Shown here: in pieces, positions 61,046 through 64,000 of the stretch | Layout: every line of letters starts with the position of its first letter | Position numbering within the stretch: the first letter of the stretch is position 1 | Source: Actinomycetes bacterium | GTDB lineage: Bacteria > Actinomycetota > Acidimicrobiia > Acidimicrobiales > JAMCPL01 | DNA length: 64,000 nt | Direction: 5' to 3' | Assembly (NCBI GenBank): GCA_021841005.1 | Contig: JAKBVZ010000013.1 | Span: 9,364-73,363, forward strand | The notes under the pieces: generated by a model | Told to the model about the DNA's origin: nothing | Database searches by the model: none | What the model saw: only the letters and a program-made list of their open reading frames with translations | Translations under genes and position numbers: made by a program

Positions 61046-61523
61046 CCGCGCTTCGCGCGCTCGAGGCTTTGCGTGCGGGATTACCGAATAGGGAAAGCGT
61101 CCTTTATCTGGGGACCATGCAGGACCAGGTCGTCGACAAGTACCTGGCAAATCTCGAGTTCACCAAGCGTCGGGCAAACTGGGAACCTGTAGAGGGCGTC
61201 TACGATGGCCTATTGCTCGCCAGCGGATTCGGAAGCGGCAAGAGCCACCTTCTCGAGTACCTGGCGCAACGAGCGTTGCAGGAACACTTTGTTGTCTCCA
61301 GCGTCGTTATCTCAAAGGAGACTCCTCTTCACAACATATCTGCGGTTTACCGAGCGGCCATCAACGACGCGCGAGTCCAGGCAGGCCCGGGTCGGCCATC
61401 AGCGAAATCGCTATGGGCCTCAAGACGGACCCACTCCGGTTCGCTAAGCTCTACCGATGGTTGGCCACGGACGGCAGGTTCGTCGACCACCGGCTCACCG
61501 CGACGCTGCTAATGTTTGACCAG

Positions 61524-61565
61524 TTTGGAGGAGGTGATGAGGAGTTTGGAGGAGGTGATGAGGAG
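61524..61565 (+). repeat. 21-bp tandem repeat TTTGGAGGAGGTGATGAGGAG x2 (FGGGDEE x2)
   Basis: Read directly. In frame in the ATPase. Confidence 0.95.
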
Positions 61566-62258
61566 TTTGATGACAAGATCCTGCAATTCTGGGCCGGCGA
61601 TACCTTCGCTATCGCCGAGATCCGGAAACGGCTGCGAGAGGCAGGGTGGTTGGGCGAGTATGACATCCGGTCAACTCGAGAAGACGCACTCTGCCGGGAC
61701 AGGCTGTCATTCGTGTCACGTCTCATCGCTGCTGCCAGCTATTCCGGTTGGGTAATCCTCCTTGACGAAGTTGAGCTGATCGGAAGGTATTCACTCCTTC
61801 AAAGAGGTCGTTCTTACGCAGAAATCGCACAGTGGCTGCAAGGACAGGATCGTGATCCGAACGCCCCCTGGACCGCGGTTCTTACCACGGTCGATGACTT
61901 CGAGACCGAAGTCCTGATAGCAAGAAACGATCTCGAGAAGTTCCCAACGAGACTCTCCTCGGTCGCCCAAGGCGCACAGCAACTCGTTGACTCGGCCAAG
62001 CGTGGTATGGAACTCCTGCGCGAGGGCTCGATGCGTCTAGAACCACCAACCAGCGACGAACTCGACACAACCTATCGTGCAATCAAGTCAATTCATGGTG
62101 AAGCACTCGACTGGGTACCGCCGGATGTGCACGGGATAGAGCGCCTACCCTCGAACAGGATGCGCCAGTACGTGAGGTCGTGGATAAACGAGTGGGGTCT
62201 GGTCTATCTCGATCCAAGCTACTCCCCGGTTACGATTTCAACCGATGTCAAGGTCGAT

Positions 62259-62336
62259 CTCAGCGCGGAAACCCAGGTGGACGCTGAAGGTTATCTCAGC
62301 GCGGAAACCCAGGTGGACGCTGAAGGTTATCTCAGC
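62259..62336 (+). repeat. 36-bp tandem repeat x2.2 (LSAETQVDAEGY x2)
   Basis: Read directly. In frame near the ATPase C-terminus. Confidence 0.95.
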
Positions 62337-62355
62337 CTTGAAGCACTAGGCCGCG

Positions 62356-63888
62356 GTGCTCTCGGAATCGCTTGCGAAGATTCTAAGTAACGGCAGGTGC
62401 CTCACGGCCGACGAGCTTGCCACGGTCCGGACGCCGCGACGCTCTGAGCATGGAGCTACGCGCCAATCGGTCCTTACCACCGTGATGTCGCTCTCCACCT
62501 TCGAGCAGTGTTGGAAGACGGGAGAGGCTTGGTCTCTTGCGGGACAGTGCCCCCATTGGCATCGCGATGCCTTGGACGACCCTGAACCAGTACTGGAATC
62601 CCTCCCGTCAATGTTCGCTTGGCAAACCGAGGCACTTGTTGCATGGCATGAGGCAGGATCTCGAGGTCTGATCGAGGCGGTCACCGGAGCGGGGAAGAGC
62701 ATGATCGCTCTGCATGCAATCCATGAAATCGTATTGTCGGGCGGGCGTGCACTGGTTGTGGTTCCAACGATAGAACTCCAGGCCCAGTGGCTGGTCCTGT
62801 TGCAATCAGCTTTCGCCAGACGGTTTATCGTTGAGAAGCTACTCGATCGGGTGGCAAGGATCTACACCGAACCTCACATTGTAGTTGCCGTGATCAACTC
62901 CGCCAGGGACGGCAGTTTTTCGGTCACCGGCAACGGCAACCTGCTGGTTGTCGACGAAGTCCATCGTTGCGCGTCACCGGTGAATGCACGCGTCTTGGAC
63001 GACCGCTTCGATTACCGGCTCGGACTTAGCGCTACCGTCGCTCGACCCGACGCAGGACATCATCGGTATCTCGAGCCATACTTCGGCCCCATCGTCTACA
63101 GATATCTTTACGCCGAGGCGGTGCACGATAATGTTGTAGCAAGGTTCCGGCTCACTTTACGTGCCGTTACGATGTACCGGGACGAGTGGGATGGATATTT
63201 GGAACTTGGCCGGCTCGTAAGAATGCTCCACCGGGCATTCTTATCTAAATACGACCTCCCCATACCAGACGGCGAGTTCGTCGCGGTACTTATCAAGGCA
63301 TGTGCGGGTCACTTCAGCACTAGGTCGCCAGAACTCCAAGAAGTCGCCATCAAACTCCGGCAAGCTCTCTTTCAACGCCGTACTTTTCTGGATGGCCTCA
63401 GATCCAAACTGGATGAACTTGCACGGCTCGTCCCCCTTATTCACAGGGCAAAACGCTGCCTGATCTTTGGCCAAACAATCGCATCCGCGGAAGCCTCCGC
63501 GGCCGCCCTTCTGCAGCAGGGCGTCAGGGCAGCATCCATCCACTCCGGGACACCGCGTTCGCTCAGGCGCGAGCAACTTTATCGCTTTGAAAGAGGTGAC
63601 CTAGAAGTCTTAGCAGCACCCCGGATACTACATGAGGGGATTGATGTTCCAGAGGTTGGACTTGCAGTAATCGCAACAGCCTCGAGTTCGGAGCGTCAGC
63701 TCATCCAACGCCTTGGCCGGATTCTACGACGTAAGCCCGATGGGAGCGCAGCACAACTGGTCGTGCTCTTTGCCAGTGGAACTGTTGAAGACCCCACCTT
63801 CGGCGCCCAAGCGGATCTGCTGCCACAGCTCATCGCGTCAGCAAAGAGCTTCGAGATACTCGGGCAGCCGTCCACTCCCATGAGCTGA
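62356..63888 (+). CDS. superfamily 2 helicase (DEAD/DEAH, ResIII/XPB-like)
   Basis: Motif I AVTGAGKS (62677-62700), motif II DEVH (62953-62964), motif III SAT, motif VI QRLGRILRR. Start may instead be Met 62485. Confidence 0.85.
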   Translation: MLSESLAKILSNGRCLTADELATVRTPRRSEHGATRQSVLTTVMSLSTFEQCWKTGEAWSLAGQCPHWHRDALDDPEPVLESLPSMFAWQTEALVAWHEAGSRGLIEAVTGAGKSMIALHAIHEIVLSGGRALVVVPTIELQAQWLVLLQSAFARRFIVEKLLDRVARIYTEPHIVVAVINSARDGSFSVTGNGNLLVVDEVHRCASPVNARVLDDRFDYRLGLSATVARPDAGHHRYLEPYFGPIVYRYLYAEAVHDNVVARFRLTLRAVTMYRDEWDGYLELGRLVRMLHRAFLSKYDLPIPDGEFVAVLIKACAGHFSTRSPELQEVAIKLRQALFQRRTFLDGLRSKLDELARLVPLIHRAKRCLIFGQTIASAEASAAALLQQGVRAASIHSGTPRSLRREQLYRFERGDLEVLAAPRILHEGIDVPEVGLAVIATASSSERQLIQRLGRILRRKPDGSAAQLVVLFASGTVEDPTFGAQADLLPQLIASAKSFEILGQPSTPMS

Positions 63889-64000
63889 TCGTCCGCCACG
63901 GGCGCCCTGCCTCGCACCGATGCAGGTGTCATTTCGCGTTTTCCTCCAATGCTCTCCGAGCAATGTCACTGCTACGGTGCTGATCCGTACCAGTTGCACA

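Larger units (their letters stand above)
61003..62390 (+). pseudogene. P-loop ATPase, BrxD/DUF2791-like, split by a frameshift near 61380-61415
   Basis: ORF 61003-61512 carries Walker A GFGSGKSH (61225-61245). ORF 61413-62390 is in a different frame and carries Walker B VILLDEVE (61752-61775). Both frames are open across GCAGGCCCGGGTCGG. Confidence 0.6.

Noticed and set aside
63940-64000. A possible 3' end of a minus-strand gene (...SSDIARRALEENAK-stop) at the window edge.
   Set aside because: Only about 20 codons are visible. That is too little to support a feature call.

Overview
64-kb chromosomal window, roughly 55-60% GC by eye, densely coding. Gene content looks actinobacterial: proteasome activator Bpa, an AftD-like giant glycosyltransferase, RNase J, FtsK, UvrB and DnaE1. 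No transposase, integrase, phage, rRNA or tRNA genes and no CRISPR array were seen. Left to right: a cobalamin block (cobL, a cbiG-cobJ fusion, a small ferredoxin, a cobH-cbiX fusion); aldehyde dehydrogenase; thrB; a D,D-carboxypeptidase; ftsK, rnj, uvrB, coaE; a methyltransferase; a 1662-aa AftD-like membrane protein; glpK; merR plus kdpABC with a displaced kdpF; class I aldolase fbaB; MarR/TPR, LysR, a hybrid histidine kinase, an alkaline-phosphatase-family protein, Rrf2, an SDR; two convergent hypothetical genes; dnaE; bpa; a sigma-70 factor; a LacI-controlled ribose-type ABC/ribokinase/xylulokinase/polyol-dehydrogenase cluster; a PIG-V-like membrane glycosyltransferase. The right edge carries a candidate defence-type module: two tandem BrxD/DUF2791-like ATPase paralogs (one lacking a P-loop, one frameshifted) plus an SF2 helicase. 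The most unusual signal is not a gene. At least six loci share one architecture: a 33-38 bp duplication of local sequence flanks a 35-38 bp insert, giving a 70-73 bp period. Four inserts carry the same 20-bp hairpin (CTGCGGCCACTATGCCGCAG). These sit at gene ends, at gene starts and in frame inside a gene. The geometry resembles long target-site duplications from Cas1-like staggered integration rather than ordinary IS/MITE transposition. Short VNTR-like tandem repeats are also abundant, and those inside genes are all in frame.
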